From Catajapyx aquilonaris (lineage: Eukaryota), in contig JYFJ02000353.1 in the NCBI GenBank assembly GCA_000934665.2, positions 1 to 64,000 of the forward strand: 64,000 nucleotides of DNA, in the 5' to 3' direction. Made by a program: the position numbers and the translations under genes. This document shows positions 13,401 to 25,883 of the stretch, one piece after another. Numbering within the stretch: the stretch's first letter is position 1; every line of letters starts with the position of its first letter. The notes beneath the pieces were generated by a model that worked only from the letters and a program-made list of their open reading frames with translations, made no database searches and was not told the origin of the DNA.

Positions 13401-13826
13401 CCTCAAGACTGGCGTCGACAGATATAGTCTGAGTCCGCCAATCAAATAATCGTTCACTCGATCCCTCGTAACACTTTAATCAGTACGATTAGTTTCAAAA
13501 GGCAAGTTGCTCAAGGACCTAAGAAGAGGAGAGTGTGTCATTACCGGCTTTACATGTATTGTTGTCAAATTGTTAAGCCTGTTGTGCCATTAAATGATCG
13601 GTTTATTAGAGCCTTGAGATAGAGCAATGAACTGGTTACAAGAGTGACACCGCGTACAGTTTAGCTCATATTGTTGGGGGGAAAATGACCAAGTCAATTA
13701 TTCTTTATAGCTAAATAGGTCGCGTTTACATACCTGTAGCCACAGCGAACTGCCGCAAGCTGTTGGACACACCTTAAACTTCGATTGAGCAGGAGTTGAG
13801 AGTCCTTCATCTTGATTTTCTTCCAT
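10427..13826 (-). CDS. Sugar-porter (Tret1-like MFS) transporter paralog C, 498 aa
   Basis: Exons 13734-13826 (MEENQ...SLWLQ, CAG|GTATGT), 11897-12029, 11623-11831, 10925-11565, 10427-10847; 1497 nt in frame. Motifs PESPRYL, GELFPLQLRG, PETSGKTLEEIE. The first exon is the least certain. Confidence 0.87.
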
Positions 13827-14847
13827 TGTGGTCAGCAACAAGAGTGCAAAAGGTGCGACAACATTGCTCCAGATCCTGCTCTAGTTACACTCGTTTCCTT
13901 CAAGCGTCTCGGTTGAGCAGACACGTACAAGTCGGCATGTCCACATGTAGCAGCAGCAGGTTGTTGGCCGTGCTAGTTCCTTCCTCCCATTGGGAATCTT
14001 CTGCGCGTGACGCAAGTGGTAATTGTTCCCTGACAAACCGGACTGGTGACAGCAGACGGGGACCCAATCGTAGGCCCACGTTGAACGAGGGAGGAAGCAG
14101 CGTGATAGCTTGGGTGTTATCCCTTCAAGAATGATAATGCTGCCTCGTAACAGCCATGCAGCACTCCCTAGTGACACACTTGCGGAGGATGCGTGCGGAC
14201 GACTTGCGTAGGCCTAAATGAATAGATAACGATGTGCACGTGTACGGTGTAAATGTACGCTTATACGTTGGGTGGGGTCACTTGAAAGCCTGTGTCAGAA
14301 TATTGGCATGCATTGTTTATAATAATTTTCAATAAATCGTGAAATTTATTGATGTCCTATATTAGGCCGCTGCTATCATAAAGGGCAAGACCCTCTGCCA
14401 TACAGGTCTGTCATTAACCTTATGTTACGAGGGACATGTAAAACCACAACAACAGCAACTCAAAGTCGTTATGAACGACCCTGCAAAGTAGCAAGCGGGT
14501 GATGAAAAATTATTGGCATCGAATAGTTTTTTATGCATTTTTATGCTTCAAATTTCAGACATAAATCATAATATAATATGATTATTTAAAGCATTTTTAT
14601 GCCGGAGATTACCTCTTCAATTTGGCTCCATACACAAACCATCATTTTATTTACATTACAAAGGCCAGGCGGCCTGAATAACAACTGAAACGAAAGTGTC
14701 TCTTCAAGCAGAAGTGCAGAATTTTGCGCACACGCGCATGCTAATATTTCCGATATCGACACTTCAATAAACTTAAGCGTGAGCTTCACGGAAGTCCCAA
14801 AAATGCAAGTTATATATTTCACACAAAGTGTATCACTTGGTCATTTA

Positions 14848-17800
14848 CTAAGCGCTACTTTCTGACATTCCTCCCGCGTCTTCATCAGCATTTTCTTCTT
14901 CGGGAATCGAGGAGGATTCACTCATTGTCCTGATTGGCCTGATAAACCTGGATGGCTTTGGAGGAAGAGGAGGTGGTGATGGGGATGAGGGAATCGAAGG
15001 TGGTGGGTAGGAAGGTATGGACGCCGGAGAAGGAGGAATCGAAGGTGGGGGACAAGAAGGTATCGAAGCTGGAGACGGAGGAATGGGAGGATGCTGGGCT
15101 GGACCAGTTGAATAATCATTGGCATCGACAGGCGTGCTGGGCCTTTGTAAGATGCCGCCACTCTCGTCAGACCGGTTTTTACCCAGAAGACCCTCCTCAA
15201 TTTCACTCAGACTTTTTCCCATGGTTTCAGGAACCATGAAGTATGAAAACATCGCTCCGAATAAGGACACGATTGCAAATACGCAGAGAATTCCGGCCGT
15301 TCCCATGATTGCCTTCATACTCGAGTACAAGTAGAGCGATATGAACACAAATAAAAAGTCCATGGCTGCCACCACGGTGGCCCCCGTGGCCCGAATCCTC
15401 AGAGGGAACAACTCAGCTCTCAGGAGCAGATGGAGCATTAGGAATCCAGGTGTTAAGAAAAGCAGGTAGAACCACAGTCCAACCACAAATATGGGGTTCT
15501 CTGGCGATCCATTTGTGTAGAGGAAGGCCGACATGGAGCCCAGGGTGAGGGCCATCCCTACTCCAGAAGTGACTGCCAGAAACCTCCTAGGCAGAAAGTG
15601 CACCAGAAGTAATCCTAGTGCGGACAGAGCCAGTTGCACCAGTCCGGCCACTAGTGTCGCAGTGTACTTGTCCAGCGCTCCTCCAAACGAGTGGAAAATG
15701 TCGGTAGCGTATGCCACTATCACGGCTGCTCCTGGGTGTTACAAGATACAGCAAGTTAGTACCGGTACCTGAACATATATCTCATACAGTAACCTGTTCG
15801 AGGATGACATCAGAACTGGTGACTTTACCTGCAAACTCACAGACGAAGCTGAATGTGGCGAGAATCAGAAGGGATTTGACAACAGGCCATGATTTGAGAT
15901 GCACGAGATGCTTTGAAGATTTCCAGTGGATTGTGGTAGGTCCAGGAAACCGTGTCTGCGACCTCTCCAAGGCCTCCACCTCCTCTTGCATGGACCTCCG
16001 ATCATAATACTGTCCTCGGAATTTCCGGAAGGCGTCTTCGGCCTCCTTGTACAGCCCTCGTGACAGCAGGGAAGCTGGACTGTCCGGGATGACGAATATA
16101 AGGACCATCAAAGCCATGGGTGGTACTGAACTCAGGCCAGCCACAATGCGCCAGGACAGCAACAGACCCAACAGGAACACAATTGATACTCCCAGGAACT
16201 GACCCACCACTGCTGAGCAGGTCAGGATTGCCCTCAACCTGATCTCTGACAGTTCGCTGACGTATGCCTCGAGATCAAAAGAAATACTGTAATGATTGGC
16301 CTTTTCTTTATGAAACCTAGCTGATTTTTTAAAAAAAAACCTTACCAGCTGCGTGCCTGCTTGGCAACCAGCGCCCATTCCCAGGATGAATCTGGATGTC
16401 TGAAGAGAGGCAAGGTTGAGGGAAGCAGTGGCTATCACCCATCCAATCAAAAACAGAGCACTGCTGATCAGAAGGCTTTTCCTCCGACCTAGGGCATCAG
16501 CCATTGGGGCCATAAGTACTGCTCCTGTGACACCTCCCGCTCCGAATAAGCTGGCTGCAAAAAAGTGCGAATTATTAATTGCCAAATATTAAATGCGGAC
16601 ATGGCTGTTTTGTGAGGAACACATAAATGGTGGCAGCGTTTAAAGTATAGTGTTGAGTGGCTCATATGAAATGTGCATTTTTAAAGGGTTGGTCGTTACA
16701 ACTTACAATCCAATTAAAAGTGAGGAAACCTCACTTACGACCCTTCTCATAGAAAATAATTGTCACTTACCCAGCCACTCTAAGAAAATTTTGAAATAAT
16801 GTTTTACGTCAACATTGTATATATCCTGTTCATATTTTCCTGCACTGTGATTCAGTATATAGGCCTAATACTACGACATTACCCATCCACGACTCATCAT
16901 CTTCTGTCAGTTCGATTATGGTGTCCTGTCGAAGATGTGGGATACATATTCCCGTGAATCCCAGGGCCATTCCGTAACACAGAGGAGCCAAGTCCGAAGC
17001 AACGGTACACCATGCCTAAGAAATGGCACAATATATTAACTTATTTACACGAATAAAAAAGTAGTGCATAATAAAAACTGACGTTAACTTTAAATATGAC
17101 AAATCAAGAACATTTACACTGTTTATGATGTAATTATGGTAAGTTGTATCATTGGTTACTTAGCTAACTGCACCTAAACAATCCCTATGTAGTGTACTGA
17201 AGACGACACATTCAGTTAAACCAGTTTCGTTGTCACCTCCTCATAAATTCGATACATGTTAGTGTCTGTATTGAAAAGTAATATTGTCATGTGCATCATT
17301 TCACTGCACTGTACTTCCGTATACTTTTCGTTATCATCACTTGGTGGTCTGCCACATTCATCGGTTACGACATGCATCTCAAAAATATTGGCGATTAAGA
17401 CGTTATCGCATGTTTAATTAATGTTGCCGATATAAGTACCTGCCTCTATGATGCATTTTTGCAGTATCTTGATGTAATACTTTCTATAAGCGAAAAGGAC
17501 ATGTTAAATCAAACGTTAATAAGTTATGGCATGATGTTGTGTGCTTTTTTCGCTTGTTTTTGGAAGTAAAAAATCATAATGCATAACTTAACCCTCCCTC
17601 CGAAAAGACACCGGAGGTTTGGGAATCGTCATGGTACAGTACTGTTTTAACCAATCATAAATGTGACATGATAACTGCGAAACTTCCGCTGAAACATTTG
17701 GATAGACCCAGCAATTTTTTTTACTGTTTCTTATCTCAGTGGTCGTTGCTGAGCCTAAGAATTGTGTACACTAATAGATAAAAAGTTTGTCGATGGTGAT

Positions 17801-18034
17801 GTCACATGGGCCATTATTCTGCATGTGAAATTCTTCGGATATTTTTCAATAATGGAGAAAAAAGTGGCGTTTCATGCCTTTGTCTAGGTGATGGCGTCCC
17901 TTTTGCAGGATAAGATAACGGCGCGGCGGTGTCAGAAGTGTCGAATAAAGCTTATACGTGAAGCTCACCTGATATTTCCATGATGGTTTCCTTTGCGCCC
18001 GGATGGGCAGGTGGATCGCAGGAGTGGGTGCCAT
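14848..18034 (-). CDS. Sugar-porter (Tret1-like MFS) transporter paralog D with Pro-rich C-terminal tail, 576 aa
   Basis: Exons 17969-18034 (MAPTP...SWKYQ, CAG|GTGAG), 16883-17015, 16346-16554, 15829-16267, 14848-15731; 1731 nt in frame. Motifs DALGRR, PDSP, AELFPLRIR, PETMGKSL. Confidence 0.87.
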
Positions 18035-18873
18035 GAATATCAACTAGGCCTAGAAAACTTGCCGATGCCCATCCTTTTTTTGGCTGTGAGTACTGTTAGT
18101 ACTTCAGTGCAAGACCTTCTCGGTCTAACTGATGAGTAATCAGGAAGCAGGTAGGGGTGGAGTGTGCAAGTGGATTGGGGGTTAGTCTACCTTGCACACC
18201 ATGCTGATAACAAAATATTTCAAGCTTGCTCTTCATATCTTTGCCTTGGAAACTTGCGTAGGTACAGTCGATGGTCACATCATTCACATACAGACAGCGG
18301 CATGCAGTGTTCCATGGTTATAGTTCCCGTAATAGTCAGTGATTTTTAGCGCTAAGCTGATTATACTTTAAGCAGTAACTTTGAAACAGTTGCTTTTAGA
18401 GGTTGTCAATAAATTAACTGCTAATATTTTCATATTATTAAAAAAAAACTAGCAGAGTATAGAGTCGGCAGACCCGAAATGTACCATCTTTATAATAAGC
18501 AGCTTCGAATCTAAGAAACATTAATTATGCAGTATTTGGCTACATACGAGATTCAATTACTGGAACACTGTAATACCCATGGTAATACCTATAACTTAAT
18601 AAACAAATAGGCATAATTAGACAACATGAATTATGGCATTTTATTAAAAACCATACAATCGGTAAGTGTTTGATAAATAATGAATCGAAATAGTAATAAC
18701 AATAATAATATTGCAGTCATTTATGCTAACCTAATAATATATCTGTATAGGTACTGAAACCTGCAACTTAGTAACCTCCTTGGCGCGATACTAGTGAGAT
18801 CTGGCAGTCTATCATCTGTTACCTCTCTTACCCGTACAGCCATACTACAGTAGAACTTTTCTACCGTGTAGAC

Positions 18874-19045
18874 CAGGGGTTCTTAACCCTTTCGGGCCTC
18901 GGCGCCCCTTTGAAGACAGTTGATCCTTGTCGCACCCCCTATACCAGGGGTGATTGATTAAGTTCATAGTTAGACTAAGTCCAGAGGTGTACCTTGCTCG
19001 CACCCCTTAGGGATGCGGGCGGGAATCCCAGATTAAGAACCGCTG
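18874..19045. mobile_element. Non-autonomous hAT-type DNA transposon (MITE), 172 bp
   Basis: TIRs CAGGGGTTCTTAA.. / ..TTAAGAACCGCTG, flanked by a perfect 8-bp TSD GTGTAGAC (18866-18873, 19046-19053). Confidence 0.85.
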
Positions 19046-19549
19046 GTGTAGACACTGTAGATGAGTATGTCCATACCAGTTTGTAGTCTATGCTTAGTAT
19101 AGTACTGTACTATGCTTTAATGACGATTTTTGATCCCACGCATATTTCAGCGCTCGTCTAAGGTCTCATGTCAGTTGCGAAATACTTTTTTGGTCGTTCT
19201 TGACAGGTGGTTCAGTTTTGAGAAATAGAGGTTTTCACACACATTATAGCTAGAAGGCATAGCGCATAGAACTGCCTACGGTATATCAAAATTGATGTCC
19301 AGCCATGGTCCCAAAATAATATACGGGCCGCTATCATGAAGTAAAAACAAGTCTCATATATTGACCTATAGCAGGAGATCGACTGGAAGTGGCGTAGTAC
19401 CTCTTCTACAGAACACAAACACGACAGGTTGCACACTGATATTCTAGCAAAGAGAATTTACGAGCACTGACAGTATGTAGTGCTCGTAATGCTGATATCA
19501 CACTCTGGCAAGAAATTGAAGTAAAGCTTATGCGTTAGGTATGTGAGTT

Positions 19550-22500
19550 TCAGCTAGTGCCATTGGCTCTTGGCTTGTGGACTCCATTTTGATAACCATT
19601 TGGTGTAGAAACGTGAACCTCCTCATCCAATGTGGTCATAGCAGGATTGACCTGACCCTGCGGCTGCGAAGATGGCTTGGCAAATCCATCTTCGATCTGG
19701 TTTAGGCTCTTGCCCTTGGTCTCCGGCAGGAAGAACCCGGCAAAGGCGGTGCCAAAGACCGTGACTGTCCCATAAATCCAGTAGACTCCATGAGGCGTCA
19801 ACGCATCGCTCATCAGCGGGTAGCTCTTGACCACAGCAAAGTACAGGCAATACTGGAAGCACGCCGTCAGGCAGCTCAGAGTACTCCTGGTCCTCATAGG
19901 AAACAGCTCTCCAAGAAGCACCCACGGAATGGTAAGGAAGCCAGGAATCACAAAGACCTGGTAGGACCATACGGCGACGATGGGCACCCATCCAGCTGGA
20001 AGGCTACCATCCGCCTCCTTCTGCTCCATGTGTCCGTAGAGAGCCGCAGTGTACAGAGACGCGGCCATTCCCAACCCGGACACGATCAACATAGGCTTCT
20101 TCTTCACCTTTCGGATGAGGAAGCTGCCCCCCAAGGGTAAGGCCACGCGCAGGACGCCGGAGATGATGGTGGCGGTGCCTTCGTCGATTCCACTATTGGG
20201 CTGTCTGAAGATATCAGCGGCGTAGTTGGTGATGGTTGGGGAACCGGAGAACTTGTGGGTGAAGAAGAGCACGGACAGGATGCACAAGGGCCACATGGAC
20301 GATCTGGAGAACAGCAGGGCCAAGTGGTTCTTGGCCTTTTCCCATCCCTGAAATTGACGAAAAAGGAGATAGTAGGAACAGTTGTCAACAATGATTAGAA
20401 GTATCGATGAAAGGTTTGAGACCCACCGTTTTGTGGCTGTCCTCATCCTCTTCCTGCTCCCTCTGCTTCTTCAAGATGTCCTCCATCTCAGTCGTGATGT
20501 CGTAATTCTGTCCGCGGAGCTTTCGAAGGGCGTCTTCGGCTTCTTCTATTCTGCCTCTCGACGCCAACCAGGCCGGGGTGTCGGGCAAGAAGAAGAGCCC
20601 CACGATGAAGATGACGGGGATGAGGGCCCCCACTCCGCACACGACTCTCCATGGAAGAATTGCGCCCATGGCATACACCAACAGGATGCCCAGGTTGGAG
20701 CTGAAGGATGTCGTTGATGAGAGGGCTCCTCGATACTTCACAGACAGGCTCTCGGACAAGTACACCTGAGGAGTTCAATATTCTCATTAGAACTTTGGCC
20801 AACTCTCTAGATTTTAAAATAATTGACACCGTGCTGTAAAATTAATACTATAGTCGTCAAGTGATCGTGCAAGGGCTATATTACAACATTATATACCTTA
20901 GCACAAGGTTCACTTGGCATAATCGATGTCGCTATTCAAAGAAAAGGCTAGTGTTATCGCACTACTATAGAATCATATAATTTACGTAAAAACCAGCAGT
21001 GAGTATAGTTAAAAAATATTATCTTTTAAACGTGGCATGAAATCGATACGTCAATAGCGTTAGGATATCAGGTTAAAGTATTTCCTCATGACCGCCAAGA
21101 GTTGCACAAGAAGTCAAAACCTTGCTGATCTTTACTGCCACAGATATTCGCAATATTGAGAATAAAAAAATATGGCTTGATTTCTGAATATTTTATTCAA
21201 ATGACACATGCATGATAAGGAAATAGTTGTCTGTTCACATACTACAGGCAAACCAACCAGCTGTACCAAACCAAACTCAAGTGTCTGATTGCATGTCATT
21301 CTGTATTTTGTTCGATATGTATAATATTCTCCATTGGAATAAGAACTTGTGCCAGCTGACAATCCAGCAGTTACCTAATTTATGTGCAAAGAATGTGCAA
21401 GAGATTGCGGATCCAACACCTGTGAGCACTCTTCTCTATTCCGAGGCATAAGGCAGGTTCCACCCACAGAAATAACTGACAGTGAATGTAATAAGAAGCT
21501 CGGCAAGACGCTAGTTGTCATGCCATGAGTATCATACGTGGATGGTTCGTATATAGCTCTAAACGGGAACATATATGAGAGTGTAATAACTAAAGTATCG
21601 GCCAAAAGGTATGACAGTTTTCTTAGATGTTGGATCCTTGCCAATTTCTAAGACAAAATTTCTCTGCAGTAGATTTTTGAATTATTTTTGGTTTAATTAG
21701 ACTGATTAGAAAGATTTTTATTTGGTATCCAAGTGAATTATGTGGAATAACCTGATCTTGAGAGTGCTGGGGGTACTTTGAGTTATTGATGGTGACATAA
21801 CCCACAGGTTAATGGTTAATCTATGTAACATAATGGACGAAACCGAAATTAATATATCCTGGCTGTTAAGGAAACGGTTAGGAAACAAAACATCCTATGA
21901 TGAGTTGGGAGGCTCTGGGATGCATTATCAGATTTGCAGATGTGGGCTGTGTCCAAATTGAATGAAGTTATATCTTGCTTTTTTCAAGTGCAAGCATAAA
22001 ATAATATTCAAGGAAAATGATCTAACTGATTCCATAGCCGCAACTATTAGACCCAATGCTGTACACATGTATCGGCGGTGGTGAGTGGGCGGGTTATTGT
22101 AACATTATAAAAACCCTGTAGAAAAACAGCAAGTAGATAAAAAATTTTGTTGGAATGAATGCATATAACATCTGCTCATGTTAAATTAAACTCTGGAATA
22201 TGTACAGAGTCTCTTATATTAGTATGCTCCTACGAATGGAGCAGGTACAGATAGCCATTCATATGTATTAGTATCAACTCATTTGCATATTTCTGTCATA
22301 TCACATCTCAAAAGTGAATGCAAGTCTTACTGTTGATGAATCTGCTGCTGTACAGGTAAGTTACTTACCTGCAGATAACATGCCGTAGCCTATACACAAG
22401 TGAACGTAACACTCACCTGTTTGGGAGCCACTTGCATCCCCATGGCTATTCCTTGCAGAACTCGGGCAATGTACAAGATGGTGAGATTAGGGGCCAAGCC

Positions 22501-24343
22501 TGCACCTGCCCAGCCCACCACCATAGGTAGCGAGCCTAAAAACATGATTCCTTTCCTGCCCCACCGATCCGAGATGATCACAGCCAGTAAGCATCCTGCT
22601 ATGGCCCCTAATGACGCTATACTTGCTGCGAAGAAAGAAAACCAGATTCAAATATTTATTTCAAAGTGAAGAATAATGGGACTAATATTAGTGTATGCAG
22701 GCATAGCAAGGGTCTTTGTATGAACCGTGCTTATAATAGGACGAGACAGATTTGATAGTTGAATCTGGGCAAGGGACATTGGACGATATAAATTATCATG
22801 TAAACGAGTGCAAGGCTGCACGTGAAATTAGCACGCTTTTACACGAATTAAGTACGTGCCGCGTGCCCTGATGAGCCCAATATTGACAAGACGGACGGAC
22901 AGAAGCGGTTTGTATCCTGGACCGATAATATTTTGGAGTTTAACCGCTAACTACAAGTGTACACAGAGATTAGCGTAATTATTAGAGGTTCTATATTGAT
23001 AAAAGTTCAGTTCCTTCTGTAGCACTCAGGTGATAAATTACACTGATATCGGAGAAGTGCCCAGCACGTACTGAGGTAATTCAGCTTATTTAAAGAAAGA
23101 ACTTGGTTATTACCCCCATCCTATACGCAAAAAATGTGCACCTGCTAGTTATTGATAACATCTTAGTAAAAAAGTATCGCCAGTACAATAGAAATACGCA
23201 ATTTTATGGACAGAAAATTACGTAAACGAGAAATTCGACAGTTAGTAATTTATAGCTATTGAAACAGTCAACATCAATGTACACTGCTAGTTTCTTATAC
23301 TTAAAACTTAGTCAGATATTAACGGGGTTATTCCAGACCATGTAGGTCCTTAAACCCCGGGCCCCACATAGGGCCTATATCATCACTCTAAGTCCCTTTC
23401 ATCGTGGTCCGCACAGGGGCGGACCACCCGTTCGCTTCCGAATCGAACCCAAGCCGTCATAGGGTCGAGACTCGACCATTGGGACGACACCCAGAGGAGC
23501 CGCCCGTCCCACGATCGAGTCCCGAACCCGTAAGGTCCGGAACTCGCCCCAATCCCGTCCGACATTCCTCTCGACTTCCGCCTGGTCACCCAGGCATACT
23601 ATTACAAACTCTTACCGATCCACGAACCGTCTTCTTTGGTGACTTGTAATTCCGGGTCTTTTCGAATATGCGGAAGACACATTCCTGTGAAACCACCAAC
23701 CATTCCAGCTGACACTGGAGATAAGTCGATGATCACGGTTAGGAGAAACTGCAAAGATATAACCCAAATGGTAATGGTTTTCACTAATTTATTCGGATAA
23801 CGAATTCATTGTCAGGCCAAATTGCAGGTATACGACTGAGCACTGCCCTTGTCCTTGGACTTGGGTCCAATTTTAGATCCACCACACTGCGGACTACAGG
23901 TTTCGCGCCAAGATTCCGAATAGACATTGTGCAACCTATGTTCAACCCAGAAGACAGCAATATAACTCTAACTTTACATCACGCATATGCTACAGACCCA
24001 TCAGTAAAAACCTTCACTGGCCTGCTAGGTCTGGACACCGCATTATCACGGGGGTGTCATAAAGGTTATCATTGGAATAAATGTTATCATAACATGGTGG
24101 TTTAGAAAAAAAGGCTATATAGGTGTTATTACTGCACTGTTGCTTATGAAGGTGTCAAGAATACACAAATTATTATCTAACCTGTGGCCAAAATTTGGCC
24201 TGGACTGGTTCAGGCTGGACCCTCGGAGGTAGCTGAATGGCTCCATTCAGATCTGAAGAACTCTTCCTTCCGACCCCTATCAACAAGGGTGTCTTCGGAG
24301 TCTTTGGGGGTAGCCCCTGAGATTGATGCTTCAAGTCCGGCAT
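19550..24343 (-). CDS. Sugar-porter (Tret1-like MFS) transporter paralog E, 546 aa
   Basis: Exons 24182-24343 (MPDLK...KFWPQ), 23616-23748, 22417-22625, 20427-20765, 19550-20347; 1641 nt in frame. Motifs DRWGRK, YLSE...YRG, PDTPAWL, IPWVLLGELFP, PETKGKSL. Confidence 0.9.
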
Positions 24344-24928
24344 CTTCCTTACGACTGAACTGCTTCCGAACCAGGTGGAAAGGAGTCTATGGAGAGGAGC
24401 CTTAATTTATTGGGTGGAGATCCAGCTGGCAATAGGAGCAGCGGTTTACTAGTTCTACGTCATGGAGCACGTGAACCAGGAGCACGCCTCTCAGAAGTCT
24501 ACGTTACTCGATGTGAATCACGTGGTATCATACACTTAGGATGTCCATAGAAATCGTGATTAATGTCTTGCGACAGTGGGGGTCAAGTGAGAGATAATGT
24601 TTGTTCTCACACCTTATCCCCGGTGATAATAATCTGTGGGTGCCATGTGATGTTTCGTGTATTTTTAGTCATTTTGGTGTAAAAAATTGTCATGTAGGTA
24701 TGTGAAAAGTGAGGCATATTTGTATAAGGCTTATTCATGATATTACACCGTTTTTTCCTATGCACTGTCACGACTATATCTTTAATATTTAAAGTAGAGA
24801 GAGGGGGTTTTTTTTGGAGGAGGGAGGGGGGGGGTATTGGTGTACTTTTTCGGTTGCAATTTCTGGAAATACGGACTTAATACTGCTTGATCGTAGGGTT
24901 ACTTGATGAAAAGCCATCAATGAATATA

Positions 24929-25115
24929 CAGGGTGACTCTAAAGTCATGATTCACAGGTTATTGGATTTTATTGTTGGTTTCCAGTTGTGCCAACTAGCG
25001 TATTGTTGACAGTCAGTAAAGAATGAGTTTGTAAGGTTGGCACTTGGAGTTGGCACAACTGGCAACCAACAATTCAATCCAATTACCCATGCATCCTAAC
25101 TTTAGAGTCACCCTG
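24929..25115. mobile_element. Tc1/mariner-type MITE, 187 bp
   Basis: TA|CAGGGTGACTCTAAAGT ... ACTTTAGAGTCACCCTG|TA. Imperfect inverted symmetry extends inward (CCAGTTGTGCCAACT / AGTTGGCACAACTGG). TA TSD. Confidence 0.85.
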
Positions 25116-25828
25116 TAGTTATGGGAGAATAAAGAGTTCACTGTTTTATCACCAGATATGCATATCTACTATGTGTCACGCGGGATGTCTCGCGGGGGAA
25201 TTTCAATACTGAAAAATCTTGGTCGAAAATGCGACTATTTTATTACTAAGCGGCTGTTTACAAATATAGACGAGGTCAGAGAGAGGCCACGGTGTGACCT
25301 CAGTCAATATGCCTAGAATATTCTAATTTCCTACGCGTAAAATAAACAATATTGTACCATAGTTATAAGTGAAGAATAGGTAGACATTTTGTGATTGGCA
25401 CTGCCAGTGTGACTCATAATTATACTCAAAAAATAATCGGAAACGCCCTGATTATTTAAAGTGGAGCATGATTATGCCGGAGAGCAATAGTTTCTATCAG
25501 CTTCTCATTACTGGGTGTATCAATATTGCGCCCTTCTTGTACCAATAACCTCTCAAGGTTCAAGGTTTCGATGACGCTGATGCCCATTCCGGATTTTGCA
25601 ATGGACGATCTCAATTTGCGTCACACCTCGAGTGAGTTGTGGCCAAACTCCATCCAGTTTACATTTGTAACCACTCGAGAGACCTGAGTGATTTGGGCTA
25701 TGGAAATGACCACTCACCTGTTCACTGGAGTTACGATTCAGGAGTGTGGTACAGTACACAGGACGTGAGATTATTGTGTGCCAAAGACAGTCGTCTTCAC
25801 GTGCTCTTAATTTTTCCTGAGTACTTAC

Positions 25829-25883
25829 CAATTAGGGAGTGGTAATCATGTAAGGGTGTATAGGAGGTCAGGAGCGATTTATA
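25829..25883 (-). promoter_or_regulatory. Candidate TATA box and short 5'-UTR exon of transporter E
   Basis: Minus-strand TATAAAT near 25880, then ATTG|GTAAGT donor near 25829. A matching acceptor CTCTCCATAG lies just upstream of the ATG at 24343. Confidence 0.35.

Noticed and set aside
17237..17632. Alternative first exons for transporter D (MTIPKPPVSFRRE plus a 29-nt exon)
   Set aside because: In frame but with weaker donors. Exon 17969-18034 has CAG|GTGAG and the conserved W..Q end. It cannot be fully excluded as an alternative start.
22868..22900. Hammerhead ribozyme core (CTGATGAG; also CTGAAGA near 17197)
   Set aside because: No stem II closing with a correctly placed GAAA and no stem I/III pairing found.
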